A stretch of 64,000 bases of DNA from Candidatus Aenigmatarchaeota archaeon (GCA_043824495.1 JBDRSV010000024.1:107816-171815), one strand, 5' to 3'; positions 10,618-20,175 are shown, counted from the stretch's first letter. Numbers and translations are program-made. Notes: generated by a model from the sequence alone, not told the origin.

Positions 10618-10980
10618 ATGAGAAATATCATGAGCTGTGTTTTCCTGCTGCTCACATTATTCCTGGTGAGTTGTGCGAAAAGTGGTCCGGAGCTGGGGAG
10701 TGATATCCGGATCAGTGGAACAATCGTCGACATGAGCGAAGGAGGTAGTAGGGATTTCCTGATCCAGTCCGGAGGAAAACTCTACCATTTCGGTACTCGA
10801 CTGCAATTTAAATGGAGTAAACTTCGTGCGGGACATTACGTCACCGTGGATGGGAAGTTTGGGGGACCGTGCGAGGAAGCCTCAATGTTCAGACGCTACA
10901 TGTACGACGACGAAGGGAACTTCATCAAGTCCCTCGAGGTCTATGACATCATCCATGTTTCGAACGTGGAGAGGCAGTGA
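10618..10980 (+). CDS. Putative lipoprotein
   Basis: Lipobox FLVSC after a hydrophobic stretch; GGAGG SD. Confidence 0.7.
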   Translation: MRNIMSCVFLLLTLFLVSCAKSGPELGSDIRISGTIVDMSEGGSRDFLIQSGGKLYHFGTRLQFKWSKLRAGHYVTVDGKFGGPCEEASMFRRYMYDDEGNFIKSLEVYDIIHVSNVERQ

Positions 10981-11109
10981 TCCCACTGAGTTCATCCAAT
11001 TCATCGGGTGGACCCAGATGAGATTATTGTCTAAAGGCTAAATCAGCAGGCCTTGAATTGTTGGTAGGGATCATTGGAAGATTCCCAAAAACATGGCAAG
11101 GAGGGCAAC

Positions 11110-11262
11110 ATGTCGCAGGGAACCAAAAACACCAAAGACACAGGAACAAGAGCGTTTCTGGTTATCGACGGAACTACAGGAGACCTCATTCCTGTGAAAG
11201 CATCGTCTGGACGAAAAGCTGAGCAAATCGCCGGCAGCGTAACCAGACAATCCCGCAAATAA
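11110..11262 (+). CDS. Small hypothetical protein
   Basis: GGAGGGCAACATG start (MSQGTKNTK...); the ORF track starts at 11074. Confidence 0.45.
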   Translation: MSQGTKNTKDTGTRAFLVIDGTTGDLIPVKASSGRKAEQIAGSVTRQSRK

Positions 11263-11342
11263 AATTACCCACTGTGAATTCCCCAGGAGTATCATCCGCC
11301 CGGAAGATACTCTGTTCTCCCCCATACTACCATAGGCCACAC

Positions 11343-11480
11343 GGAGCTCATCAGGTTTTCACTTGGTGGGCTCCAGTGAGATCTTTGGTGGTTAACGTTC
11401 CATAACCGTTTCATTCACAACCTTTTGCCGACCTTGTCTGCATTGCAGCTCAAGGAAGTGTGTAAAGGAAGGAGAGTGTC
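11343..11480 (+). repeat. Intergenic module type 1, copy 1 (GAGCTCA...GGTGGGCTC hairpin + CCATAACC...CTTTTGYCGACC hairpin + AAAGGAAGGAGA)
   Basis: Aligns with 15853-15997. Confidence 0.8.
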
Positions 11481-12182
11481 ATGTTATTGCATGTAACAGT
11501 AATAAGCCGCGGAGACAGAACAACGATCGATGTTCCCAGAACAGAATTCAACTGGGATACCAATCAATGTCGCGTAGTTGAAGGTGCAGAGGAAGCTGAA
11601 AGAAATCTCGGGGTGGCGGAGAATCTCGAAATCCGTAAACCCGCGGCTTACCAGGGACCCTATTTATACTGTATTGTAGAGGTGGGGTTCGAGGAAATTT
11701 GTTTTCCCCCGACTTTCCTCAAGTGGATCGAGAATGTTCCCGAGGATGAGAAAAGAGCCATCCTTATCGTTCCCACCAAAACCATCCGAAAGGCCGATGA
11801 TAGTCACTATATGGGATCTATAGATCGTTATAGGTATTATCCTCATGGTGAAGTCTTCCTGATTGGTCGCAGAATCATCGTGAGGAACATCTACCTATCA
11901 CCTGATAACATCAAGATGGTGGTGGATAAAATCCTTGCCCGACTGAGTGACGGCCTGTTCCTCCGGTTGGCCTTTGAGTTTCTCCAGGCTACGCCGATCA
12001 GTGACAATCCTACGGTGACTGGAGAACATATCACCATGTTGGATAATCTCTTCACGGGGACGCGTTCCCTTCGGAGAGGAGATTCAACTCGTCGCGAACG
12101 GTTCAATCATGTTCGGGCCGTGATTGGACATATGGCCAAACACGGGATAGTTCTGTCTGGCAAGATCGAACCCGTGAAGTAA
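11481..12182 (+). CDS. Hypothetical protein
   Basis: 233-aa ORF with strong SD AAGGAG. Confidence 0.75.
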   Translation: MLLHVTVISRGDRTTIDVPRTEFNWDTNQCRVVEGAEEAERNLGVAENLEIRKPAAYQGPYLYCIVEVGFEEICFPPTFLKWIENVPEDEKRAILIVPTKTIRKADDSHYMGSIDRYRYYPHGEVFLIGRRIIVRNIYLSPDNIKMVVDKILARLSDGLFLRLAFEFLQATPISDNPTVTGEHITMLDNLFTGTRSLRRGDSTRRERFNHVRAVIGHMAKHGIVLSGKIEPVK

Positions 12183-12223
12183 TCAACGGCTTGGAAACCA
12201 AGTCAAATCAACGACAATGAAAG

Positions 12224-12556
12224 TTGAGGTGTAATATGAATAGGCGAATACAGAGTATGATTGTGATGACTGCGACTTTGATAGCTGTTGCAGTCTTTCT
12301 CCAAGTCTCACAGCTTCACGCGGCACATTTGATGGCAACCGCAATTGCAATTGCGGTTGTGGTGATGATCGTTGTTAACATGGGAAGAGTTCCCAACACT
12401 CGGCAGAAGTTTCGGAACTTCTCTGTCGGAGCCGTTTTCGGGAGCATCTTCCTGTGGGAGTTGTTCAAGGTTACGTTCTTGAATCACCCTGCGGCTCTTT
12501 GGAGTGTGGTTGTACTCGGAGCTGCGGCAGTCTCATTTCTGACGTTCCGCCGGTAG
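12224..12556 (+). CDS. Small 4-TM membrane protein
   Basis: Hydrophobic segments; the likely start is the ATG at 12236. Confidence 0.7.
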   Translation: MRCNMNRRIQSMIVMTATLIAVAVFLQVSQLHAAHLMATAIAIAVVVMIVVNMGRVPNTRQKFRNFSVGAVFGSIFLWELFKVTFLNHPAALWSVVVLGAAAVSFLTFRR

Positions 12557-12570
12557 TACTGAAGTTCACC

Positions 12571-12618
12571 GGGGATCCCGATCAATCTGGTTGGGATCCC
12601 CTCAACCTGACAATAAAC
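12571..12618 (+). repeat. Intergenic module type 2, copy 1 (GGGGATCC hairpin + CAAC(C/T)TGACAAT(A/T)AAC)
   Basis: Aligns with 13482-13529. Confidence 0.85.
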
Positions 12619-12627
12619 TGTTGTTAA

Positions 12628-13473
12628 ATGTTCCATTACACCAAGGAGGGCGCAATGCGTCACCAACGTTTCATCACCACAGTACTGGCACTCATGTTCT
12701 TGACTGTGCCGGCAATGTTCAGCAGTGCGGTTCTGGCCGATCCGATTTCATCCGGAGACGGTCAAATGTATGTGGTCCAACAGGGAGATTGGTTGACGCG
12801 GCCGATCATCCCGACACTCTACTCGGATGTGTTGAAGCCAGGCGACTTGAAGAGTGCTCTCTGGATCGCTGACATCTTCGATACACTCAACATTAACATC
12901 ACCCACCGCGACAAAATTCGGGCGTATGATACCATCATGGCGCCGTCATTCGCGGCGTTGAAGAAGTACAAACATCTCGCACCCGCCGACGTGGTCATCA
13001 ACCTGTTCGCCACGTATGATATCGCGTCCATGGAACTTGTGGACGCCGAGTTTGTAAGAAAGCGCATCGAGGACTTTGAGGGTACTTACTGGTACAAAAA
13101 TCGAGCCGCGTGGGCCCGAATTTTCGGAGTCGGTAATGGCACGTATGTCTGCGGTGACACCGTGATGCCGTTCTCATGGTTCATGAGCTGCAATACGGAC
13201 GGTAATACGGGAATGACTATCTCCATCTCCATGGACGAAGGAGATCTCACCGCAGTTCGCAAGGTTCCAGGTACACGTAACGGATTCTGGGGAGCCAGTC
13301 GTGACAATAAGTTCACATACGTGGGCTTCGGCAACGACTGGATCGATCGTTGCGACTGGAATGACGAGACCGAGAGCTGGGACATTCCACCAGTTCTGAA
13401 TGAGATCGTCGGAACTCTCAACAACTTTCCATTCGTCCAGTATATGACCGTCGTCGCGTACGAACTGGAATAG
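12628..13473 (+). CDS. Secreted protein with a LysM-like start; paralog of 13535-14899
   Basis: Signal peptide LALMFLTVPAM...LAD; YVVQQGDWL; shared NTDGN and C-terminal pattern; likely start 12655. Confidence 0.75.
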   Translation: MFHYTKEGAMRHQRFITTVLALMFLTVPAMFSSAVLADPISSGDGQMYVVQQGDWLTRPIIPTLYSDVLKPGDLKSALWIADIFDTLNINITHRDKIRAYDTIMAPSFAALKKYKHLAPADVVINLFATYDIASMELVDAEFVRKRIEDFEGTYWYKNRAAWARIFGVGNGTYVCGDTVMPFSWFMSCNTDGNTGMTISISMDEGDLTAVRKVPGTRNGFWGASRDNKFTYVGFGNDWIDRCDWNDETESWDIPPVLNEIVGTLNNFPFVQYMTVVAYELE

Positions 13474-13481
13474 TTGTTACA

Positions 13482-13529
13482 GGGGATCCTGACCAATTCG
13501 GTTGGGATCCCTTCAACTTGACAATTAAC
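13482..13529 (+). repeat. Intergenic module type 2, copy 2
   Basis: GGGGATCCTGACC-AATTC-GGTTGGGATCCCT...CAACTTGACAATTAAC. Confidence 0.85.
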
Positions 13530-13534
13530 GTAAC

Positions 13535-14899
13535 ATGTTAACAATGAATACCAACAGAGAAGGAGAAAGTCAAATGTGTAACATCATCATCCGTACCATC
13601 GTGGCACTGGCACTCATGGTTCTGATCGTGCCGGCCATCACCAACATCGCAATTGCGGACGGAACGCCGTGTGGTCTCACCGTAGGTAATGGCAACGACA
13701 TCGATCGCGACTTCGTTGCATTCCTCAACAAAGAAGGAATCAGATGGTTAACAATCGAGGAATTCGTTGAGTGCTACTCCCAACTGATCGGTCCAGGTAG
13801 TACCATGTTGAGCACCACTCGGGGATATGGCTGGGGATATATTGACGTTCCTTTCAAGTTTGGCGATTCGGTCGCGTCTATAGTGAACATGGAGATCATG
13901 CCAGGCGTCCGGATCAATATGGCTTGGGATCAAGCGGTCATCTTCTACAAATATGCGAATAATCATGGAATGCATATTCTGAAGAAGACGGAGAATGACC
14001 GTGAGGTTCCGGCCTGGAGCGGCTTGATTGATGAAGCTACGGTGCGTCAACATGTCAACGGCTTCGAAGTGTCCGCGCAGATTCCGAGTGATGTTCTGGA
14101 ATCGGATGTTGCGATTATCCGGATGCGAGATTTAAAGGACGCCTACTTGGCCGAGAACACCGACGTTATCGAGTCTTACCTCATCGAGAAGTTTGACCTC
14201 GACGACGATTCCGAGCCGTATTCTGACAATCGGCCAAATATATTTCATCGCAGTGGCGAAGTCTTACTGGACTCGGAGATGTTCTTCGTGTATGAAGGTC
14301 TGGAAATTCTCAATCTCATCATCAATGATCGGTGGATTGGTGTACGATTCCCCGGATCGACCTATATCCACTTCATCAACATCGGACCGAGAAAAGTCCA
14401 CGACTTGAATGCCAACTTCGTCGAGACGAAAACTCCGAACAACACCGGCGGTCAGATCAGTATCCCGCAGGATGTGATCGAAAAGATGACGTGGATCGAT
14501 TCCGTCTATTCGGATAGGATGTCCCCGAATCCGATGTTAGGTTTCGGAAACGGTGAGTACCTGGCGAGCTCTGGGATCGTTTCGTTCGCGTGGGTTGCCT
14601 GGACCAACACCGATGGCAACCTCCAGTTCTATCTCAATGTTCTCCTTAACATTGATCATCAGGTGACGATCGAGACTGTGTCTCACTACGGTGGGCCTGA
14701 TGTTTGGAGGGCGTGGAGTCCGAATCAGACCTGCACAGAGGTGGAGACTGGAAACGGCTGGTGTTATATTCACTGTTCCCAGTCGGAAAGTGGACCTCGA
14801 ATCTGCGACTATAGACAAGCCTTGGACGATGCAGTCGCGGCGTTCAATGGCATCGATTTCTTCACGAACATGAAGGTGATCATGTACACGGTGAAGTAA
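13535..14899 (+). CDS. Secreted hypothetical protein; paralog of 12628-13473
   Basis: Signal peptide LALMVLIVPAI...IAD; NTDGN; likely start 13573. Confidence 0.75.
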   Translation: MLTMNTNREGESQMCNIIIRTIVALALMVLIVPAITNIAIADGTPCGLTVGNGNDIDRDFVAFLNKEGIRWLTIEEFVECYSQLIGPGSTMLSTTRGYGWGYIDVPFKFGDSVASIVNMEIMPGVRINMAWDQAVIFYKYANNHGMHILKKTENDREVPAWSGLIDEATVRQHVNGFEVSAQIPSDVLESDVAIIRMRDLKDAYLAENTDVIESYLIEKFDLDDDSEPYSDNRPNIFHRSGEVLLDSEMFFVYEGLEILNLIINDRWIGVRFPGSTYIHFINIGPRKVHDLNANFVETKTPNNTGGQISIPQDVIEKMTWIDSVYSDRMSPNPMLGFGNGEYLASSGIVSFAWVAWTNTDGNLQFYLNVLLNIDHQVTIETVSHYGGPDVWRAWSPNQTCTEVETGNGWCYIHCSQSESGPRICDYRQALDDAVAAFNGIDFFTNMKVIMYTVK

Positions 14900-15184
14900 A
14901 GCCGAACGCCACGAATTACTAATCCGCTCTTCTTCCCAAAGAAGTGTGGCTAGTGTGAAAGGAGTATGGGAAGGTTCCACAGTAGTAGCATCAACGGCAA
15001 AAAGTAAAAGACAAAAAAATGAAGGCCAAACCCGAGGAGGAACTCGAAGTGAAGACGAAACGAAGGTCATGCCAATATCCCATTTCGCCCATGATGGCGA
15101 CTCATATTCTCATAGTCTGACCGGCCGCCGGCGACGCCACGGGCCTCTTATATAGTTAGCGGGGCCCATCGCCAATGCAGTCAA

Positions 15185-15269
15185 AATCCCGGGTAGGCTT
15201 CAACCCCTACCCGGGGTTCCAAATGAGCTCATCTAGTTCAGATATTTTCTAGGTGGGCCCATTTGGAAT
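15185..15269 (+). repeat. Double-hairpin module (AATCCCGGG stem + TTCCAAATGAG...TTTGGAA stem), copy 1
   Basis: Aligns with 15817-15905. Confidence 0.85.
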
Positions 15270-15332
15270 TGTAAATGATTGTTGACTGTTCAATGAGCGT
15301 TCCGAAAGGAACATTGCAAGGAGATTTTTATC

Positions 15333-15797
15333 ATGACACAGCAGATGACATCAGTACCAGATGGTTGGGGCGGAGCAGGTGGCGACAGTCTCGGCACAGA
15401 TGCACTCGAGCTTCTGAAGAAAATGGGATTCGACAATGCAATGGGACAAGCGTTGCTCGGCAGCTTTAATCCACAGGGTTTCGTGGATGCGCTTCTCACG
15501 TTCCGACCGTTCCCGGTTGGCGGAGTCTCTCCCGAAGCTCGGAACGAGAGCAGAGAAGCTCAGTGGATTTATCTCACATGGATCTTCACCAGTCGGCAGA
15601 GAGCCTCCTTTCCCGTCGAAGGGGTGAGTGGCCTTGCTGACTTCGTGGATATTGTCCGGAAAGCACAGAGCGATGCGGACGCGAACGAACATGCAGTTCG
15701 AATCTTGTCCAGGTTTGGGTGTGTCGATCTCCTCGTTGGTGAAGGTCGGACCTTCTTGCACACGAAAGCCATCGATTTCGCTAATTCCCAAACGTAA
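15333..15797 (+). CDS. Hypothetical protein
   Basis: 154-aa ORF with an AGGAG SD, flanked by two copies of the double-hairpin module. Confidence 0.7.
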   Translation: MTQQMTSVPDGWGGAGGDSLGTDALELLKKMGFDNAMGQALLGSFNPQGFVDALLTFRPFPVGGVSPEARNESREAQWIYLTWIFTSRQRASFPVEGVSGLADFVDIVRKAQSDADANEHAVRILSRFGCVDLLVGEGRTFLHTKAIDFANSQT

Positions 15798-15816
15798 GTC
15801 CGCGACATCACCAACC

Positions 15817-15997
15817 AATCCCGGGAACAAGACAGTTCAATCTGTTCCCGGGTTCCAAATGAGTTCATGTGGTTTGATTTCTTGACTAGGTGGGCTCATT
15901 TGGAATTGAGTTGTAGTAGAACCATAACCCATTCACGACCTTTTGTCGACCCTGTCTGATATCAGTTCAGGGAAGAATCTAAAGGAAGGAGAATTCA
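15817..15997 (+). repeat. Double-hairpin module copy 2 fused to type-1 leader copy 2
   Basis: Matches both 15185-15269 and 11343-11480. Confidence 0.85.
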
Positions 15998-17989
15998 ATG
16001 CATTCACTCCAAGAAGTAAAAGAACACATCAAGACAACGATGTGCAAAGCGGTTCAAGTGAATCGCTGGATGATGTGGATCGCGCTCGTCGTCATATGTA
16101 TTGTGGCGATTGAGTTGTTCGTTTGGTTGCCTTCACTGCCAGAAGAGGCGCAAGACGTCCTTTCCCCATTCATAGAAGGTGGAAACAGGAATGCAGGCAC
16201 GTTATTACTCCACTTCTTCTGTTTCATGGGTGCATTGGTGTCTATCTTCTTCAAAATCTTCGGTCCGATCACAAGATCTTATGATAATACACTTTTCTGG
16301 GAACTCCATCTGGGTGGAACAAAAAGGATCGGATTCCGCCTGGGTGACTGGCCTACTGGTGTGTTCATTGAAGCGGCAGACGTTCTCAGTGATTTACCAG
16401 CGAATGTCAGGAAAAGAATTCCGTGCACCCAGTATGCTGTTTCTCGAATTAAAAGCGTAACGGAATTCGACGACAGCGGTAGAGCCATCGTCCCACGGGA
16501 TGAGAGTGTGTCTTCTGTGAGATTCGCCACAGTGGATGATGGTCGACCGGGAACGCTCGACTTGGATAGGGTGTTCTCCTGGGCGCATAAGTACATCCGA
16601 GGCTATTATATCTGCCTGGCCTTTACATGTCTGTTCCTGGCTTGGCCGGTGATAACCGGCTACTCGATCGCGAGCTTCATGCACGACCTCCCGGTCCAGA
16701 TCCACGACATCGCTGTTGACCCATCTCAGAATTCGACGAAAGTAATCGTCAGTTCTGATCGCAATGTCCGGTATGACTCAAGAATCGAGGTTGCAGATGA
16801 CTGTGTCTGCTCCCGATTCATTCTGAACATATACCCGGCAAAGTGTGATTTCCTGGAGGAGATCTTTGCCAGTGACTATGTAATGAGAGGGTATTATGGG
16901 GCTCGAACCAACACCGGGCAGCTCTCCGAAGCAACTGGATGGAATGGTGTCAGGCAAATCAACATCAGACAAGTTGGTGACACCATCAAGATTGTACTCG
17001 GCCTGAAAGATATGGTTGAGTACGCAATGAGTCGCTCGTCAGAGCACGGCACAAAGGATCTGGTCGTTGGTCTGGACACGCCAGTCGAGTCCAAACAGAC
17101 ATCGGGCGAATATTGGACCGCGAACAAGTTCGCAGATCAGTACGAAGTTCCTGACAACAATGCCCGTCGCGAGTCATCGTGTGGTGAATGGAAGTCGTTC
17201 GTCAGATTTGTATCTGCGGATAGTAACAACGTATACTTCTCTGCCAGATACGGTGGAGTGTACAGAGTGGATATGAATGGATGGATTGACACGATCGTCC
17301 CAAACAACGAGGTTGATTACTACCACACGCCAGTGAGTAGCGGTAATAAACTCGCTGGCATCCATGATGGGAATGATCTCTGTATTGTGGATATGGATAC
17401 CAGAAAGGTCAAGAACGTCACCCATGGACAAATATGGGACGTCGATTGGGTCTCGGACACCGGACTCGTGTTCTGGAGAGATCTTGATGGTGTCTGTTAC
17501 TACTCCCTCTCTGCGGACTCGTCTTGGTCTTTGAACAAAAAGGCCAAATTCCCATCTGTGTGTGGGGATAAGATATTCTACCTCACACACTTACGCACCC
17601 ATCGGGATGAGTGGGATTCCACACTAATCTGGGAGATGAGCCTTGACGGGTCTTCCAGAACCGTAGCTAGGTTGAAGGGAGGCTACTCACACCTGAGTAT
17701 GTCTTCGGACTGCTCAATTGCAGTTCTGAAAGAGCCGTATAGTTCTGACCGCACGTGGGTCAATAGAATCAAAACATTCTCCTTCAACGACTGCATTATG
17801 ACAACACTGACGGAGTGTGGTGAGTCTCCAAGGATCACTACAGACAATCGAATTGTTTATGTCAAGTTGTATCCTGTGGAGGGGCGTGGGGATTTCAACT
17901 CGAACTCAGAAGTCCGGATCATGGATCTGGACGGCAGAAACGACACCTTGATTGTCAACAGAGAGGAACTCCGGAAGTTTCCGATGTAA
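15998..17989 (+). CDS. Membrane-anchored protein with AMIN-like and TolB-like beta-propeller regions
   Basis: Three N-terminal TM segments; VNGVRQINIRQVGDTIKIVLGL-like segment (AMIN-like); repeated propeller-like blades in the C-terminal half. Confidence 0.65.
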   Translation: MHSLQEVKEHIKTTMCKAVQVNRWMMWIALVVICIVAIELFVWLPSLPEEAQDVLSPFIEGGNRNAGTLLLHFFCFMGALVSIFFKIFGPITRSYDNTLFWELHLGGTKRIGFRLGDWPTGVFIEAADVLSDLPANVRKRIPCTQYAVSRIKSVTEFDDSGRAIVPRDESVSSVRFATVDDGRPGTLDLDRVFSWAHKYIRGYYICLAFTCLFLAWPVITGYSIASFMHDLPVQIHDIAVDPSQNSTKVIVSSDRNVRYDSRIEVADDCVCSRFILNIYPAKCDFLEEIFASDYVMRGYYGARTNTGQLSEATGWNGVRQINIRQVGDTIKIVLGLKDMVEYAMSRSSEHGTKDLVVGLDTPVESKQTSGEYWTANKFADQYEVPDNNARRESSCGEWKSFVRFVSADSNNVYFSARYGGVYRVDMNGWIDTIVPNNEVDYYHTPVSSGNKLAGIHDGNDLCIVDMDTRKVKNVTHGQIWDVDWVSDTGLVFWRDLDGVCYYSLSADSSWSLNKKAKFPSVCGDKIFYLTHLRTHRDEWDSTLIWEMSLDGSSRTVARLKGGYSHLSMSSDCSIAVLKEPYSSDRTWVNRIKTFSFNDCIMTTLTECGESPRITTDNRIVYVKLYPVEGRGDFNSNSEVRIMDLDGRNDTLIVNREELRKFPM

Positions 17990-18008
17990 GCGTGTAGTTA
18001 TCATTCAC

Positions 18009-18038
18009 ACCCCGCCTGGATTCAATTCCAGGCGGGGT
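18009..18038 (+). terminator. Perfect GC hairpin (terminator-like)
   Basis: ACCCCGCCTGGA-TTCAAT-TCCAGGCGGGGT. Confidence 0.7.
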
Positions 18039-18070
18039 TGATCATGAAATAAAGAGAAGGGGAGTGTACC

Positions 18071-19075
18071 ATGATAAAAATGTTTGGTAAACTGCTCTGC
18101 GGAGTTGCCATGGTTGTAGGCGGGTTGATCGCAGTGCTAGCGACGATCACTTTCTTCGCAGTCATTGGGAACATGGTAATCGATACTTACAAAATTGGCA
18201 TGCATTTCTCTCCGTTGTTACCGACAGCCTTCATCAGCCTTTGGGTCGCCGCCGTCATGCTTTGGATTACCACCCTCGGCGCGAAAGGCCTCGGATGGTC
18301 GGTATCATGCCATTTGAAATTCAACATCGGTTACGGTTCCATGCTGCTGGGAATCGTCGGCGTAATTGTGATCCTGGGATACTACACATATCTCTTCACC
18401 TTTGCTGACATCCCAGGACAACTGGTTGTCCTCAGTATTGACGGTATGGAGACGTTCAGTCGGGTGGAAGTTCGTCTCATGAAAATCATGGATTTGGTGC
18501 CTCTACTATTCGCATCCATTTGCACCGGATTCACCGGACTGGCTCTCTGGTGGGGACGAATACAATCAATCCGGTTTCCGTTCTCCCGTTGGTTCGGAAT
18601 CGCTGTCGCGATGATTCTTGTTATTGTCATGGCAGTGCCTGTTCTTGGTCAGGCCGATTCCACAGGCTTCACTGAGGCCAAGACCCATCTTTGTGGGATG
18701 CAGATGAATTATGCTGAATATTTCGGTGAGTTGTTCGCGGCGCGTTTCGCATCCCGGGAACTTGATATCAATATCTTCGATGCCGATGAAGAGTGGATGT
18801 GGAGAATGGTTGATTCAACATTCTACCGAAGGGATACACTCTTTGCTGTCAGAGACGGGTTCTCGTCGGTATTTAATATGGCCGAAGAGAAGGCCGAGCT
18901 TGTGGCCGCGACTGATCTGGCGAGAATTGTCGGGAAAATCAGGGGAATCCCGGAAGGTGAACGCGTTCCTTTAAGGTATTGTTTCCGTGGGGGACAGTTC
19001 ATCAAGAAAGATACAAACAGAGGTTACCATGCGGTTGTAGTGCAGATTCTTCCGCTGTCTGAGAATCTGGAGTGA
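18071..19075 (+). CDS. Multi-TM membrane protein with a soluble C-terminal domain
   Basis: About five hydrophobic helices, then a soluble domain. Confidence 0.75.
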   Translation: MIKMFGKLLCGVAMVVGGLIAVLATITFFAVIGNMVIDTYKIGMHFSPLLPTAFISLWVAAVMLWITTLGAKGLGWSVSCHLKFNIGYGSMLLGIVGVIVILGYYTYLFTFADIPGQLVVLSIDGMETFSRVEVRLMKIMDLVPLLFASICTGFTGLALWWGRIQSIRFPFSRWFGIAVAMILVIVMAVPVLGQADSTGFTEAKTHLCGMQMNYAEYFGELFAARFASRELDINIFDADEEWMWRMVDSTFYRRDTLFAVRDGFSSVFNMAEEKAELVAATDLARIVGKIRGIPEGERVPLRYCFRGGQFIKKDTNRGYHAVVVQILPLSENLE

Positions 19076-19115
19076 AACCAACATTATCCTTTCAACATTT
19101 GATGGAGGACGGGTC

Positions 19116-19462
19116 ATGAAACTAGTCTTAAATCGTAGGCATCTTATAGATCCCGCCAGTGTCATTGGGCCACGCGTGAACTGGTTGTTCTCCTGAATGG
19201 CCAAGAGGTTCAGGTGCGTCCTATCGACCAGACGATAATTCTGATCGGACGCGATCCGGAATGTGACGTAATACTCGATAATCGCGCCGTCGACTTCTTC
19301 CATGCTCACATTGATTTCGGCGAGAATTTTGTAGTAATTGACAACGTGTCACTCAACGGCACGTTTGTCAACGGAGAAAAGGTCGAGAAAGCGGTTCTCC
19401 GTCCTGGTGATGTGATCACAATAGCCAGGTATGAGATTCACATCCGGTCCCTCCGGAAGTAG
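19116..19462 (+). pseudogene. FHA-domain gene with an apparent 2-bp frameshift near the 5' end
   Basis: IGRDPECDVIL...HAHI...SLNGTFVNG (FHA); the SD-linked ATG at 19116 is out of frame; removing 2 bp from CACGCGTGAA gives PRELVVLLNGQEV in frame. Confidence 0.6.
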
Positions 19463-19486
19463 ACGACGCGATGGTAGTCTTGTTCC

Positions 19487-19523
19487 AATTCCGTACAGGT
19501 GTTTACAAAATCTGTGCGGGATT
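19487..19523 (+). terminator. Hairpin next to motif C
   Basis: AATTCCGTACAGG pairs with TCTGTGCGGGATT (G-U pairs on the + strand). Confidence 0.55.
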
Positions 19524-19526
19524 TGT

Positions 19527-19547
19527 ATTGTCTAATTAAAGGGATAT
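19527..19547 (-). repeat. Island-edge motif, copy C
   Basis: ATTGTCTAATTAAAGGGATAT, the reverse complement of the consensus. Confidence 0.9.
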
Positions 19548-19630
19548 AAGAGTTAAGGCTTTGCACAAAAACTCTGTTTTACACAAAAACTGTGCTTAGC
19601 CTAAAAAATTCAAGAAAAAGGAGGTGAAGC

Positions 19631-19849
19631 GTGAAAAAGGTTAAAAGTTGGAAATCTAAAGATAATAATATGATGATTACTCCAAGATTAGTGTTAATGT
19701 TCATTTTTGGACTTATTGCTATTTATGGTCTTTTTGCTGCTCTTAGTCCAGAAAGGTATATAATTCCTCTAGTTTCAGGTGAATTTGCACAAATTATTGG
19801 GTTTATTATATTTATCATAGCAGGTTATTTTTTTGTTAGGTTTAGATAA
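19631..19849 (+). CDS. Small 2-TM membrane protein
   Basis: Hydrophobic ORF with a GGAGGTG SD. Confidence 0.6.
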   Translation: MKKVKSWKSKDNNMMITPRLVLMFIFGLIAIYGLFAALSPERYIIPLVSGEFAQIIGFIIFIIAGYFFVRFR

Positions 19850-20114
19850 TATGGACAAAATACAACTTAAAAAGAATAAGATAGATCTGGAAGCTAGATA
19901 TATAATGCAAGAAAGAAATGCTATTTTATTGGCCCTCCCTGCTTTACCATTAACTTCTTTTAACTTGGGTTTGTTTGTAGGTCAACTTGATCCATTAGTC
20001 TCTGCATTCATTGCTTTGGTTGTTTTTGAATATCTTTATTTTATTAAGCTTCATTTTGATCGAAAATTAAAGGATAAAATAAAAGAAATTGATGATCTGA
20101 TGAGAATTACCTAA
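19833..20114 (+). CDS. Small 2-TM membrane protein
   Basis: Hydrophobic ORF; likely start 19851 (MDKIQ). Confidence 0.6.
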   Translation: MLGLDNMDKIQLKKNKIDLEARYIMQERNAILLALPALPLTSFNLGLFVGQLDPLVSAFIALVVFEYLYFIKLHFDRKLKDKIKEIDDLMRIT

Positions 20115-20175
20115 GGCGAATTCTGACCAAAAACCCTTGCATTGATTTATATTCCTTTCCAACTAATTCTTTCCT

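Larger units (their letters stand above)
10550..19547. mobile_element. GC-rich island C: co-oriented array of orphan genes ending at the edge motif
   Basis: About nine + strand ORFs with GGAG(G) SD sites and repeated intergenic hairpin modules; preceded by about 800 bp of AT-rich non-coding DNA; left boundary approximate. Confidence 0.65.

Noticed and set aside
10583-13540. TTGACA-like hexamers upstream of island genes as sigma70 promoters (10583, 12607, 13518; also near 60729)
   Set aside because: No -10 hexamer at about 17 bp spacing could be found, so they are kept only as parts of repeated modules.
10550-19547. Canonical integron cassette array
   Set aside because: There is no IntI gene, and the intergenic hairpins lack properly paired RYYYAAC/GTTRRRY boxes of attC length by eye.
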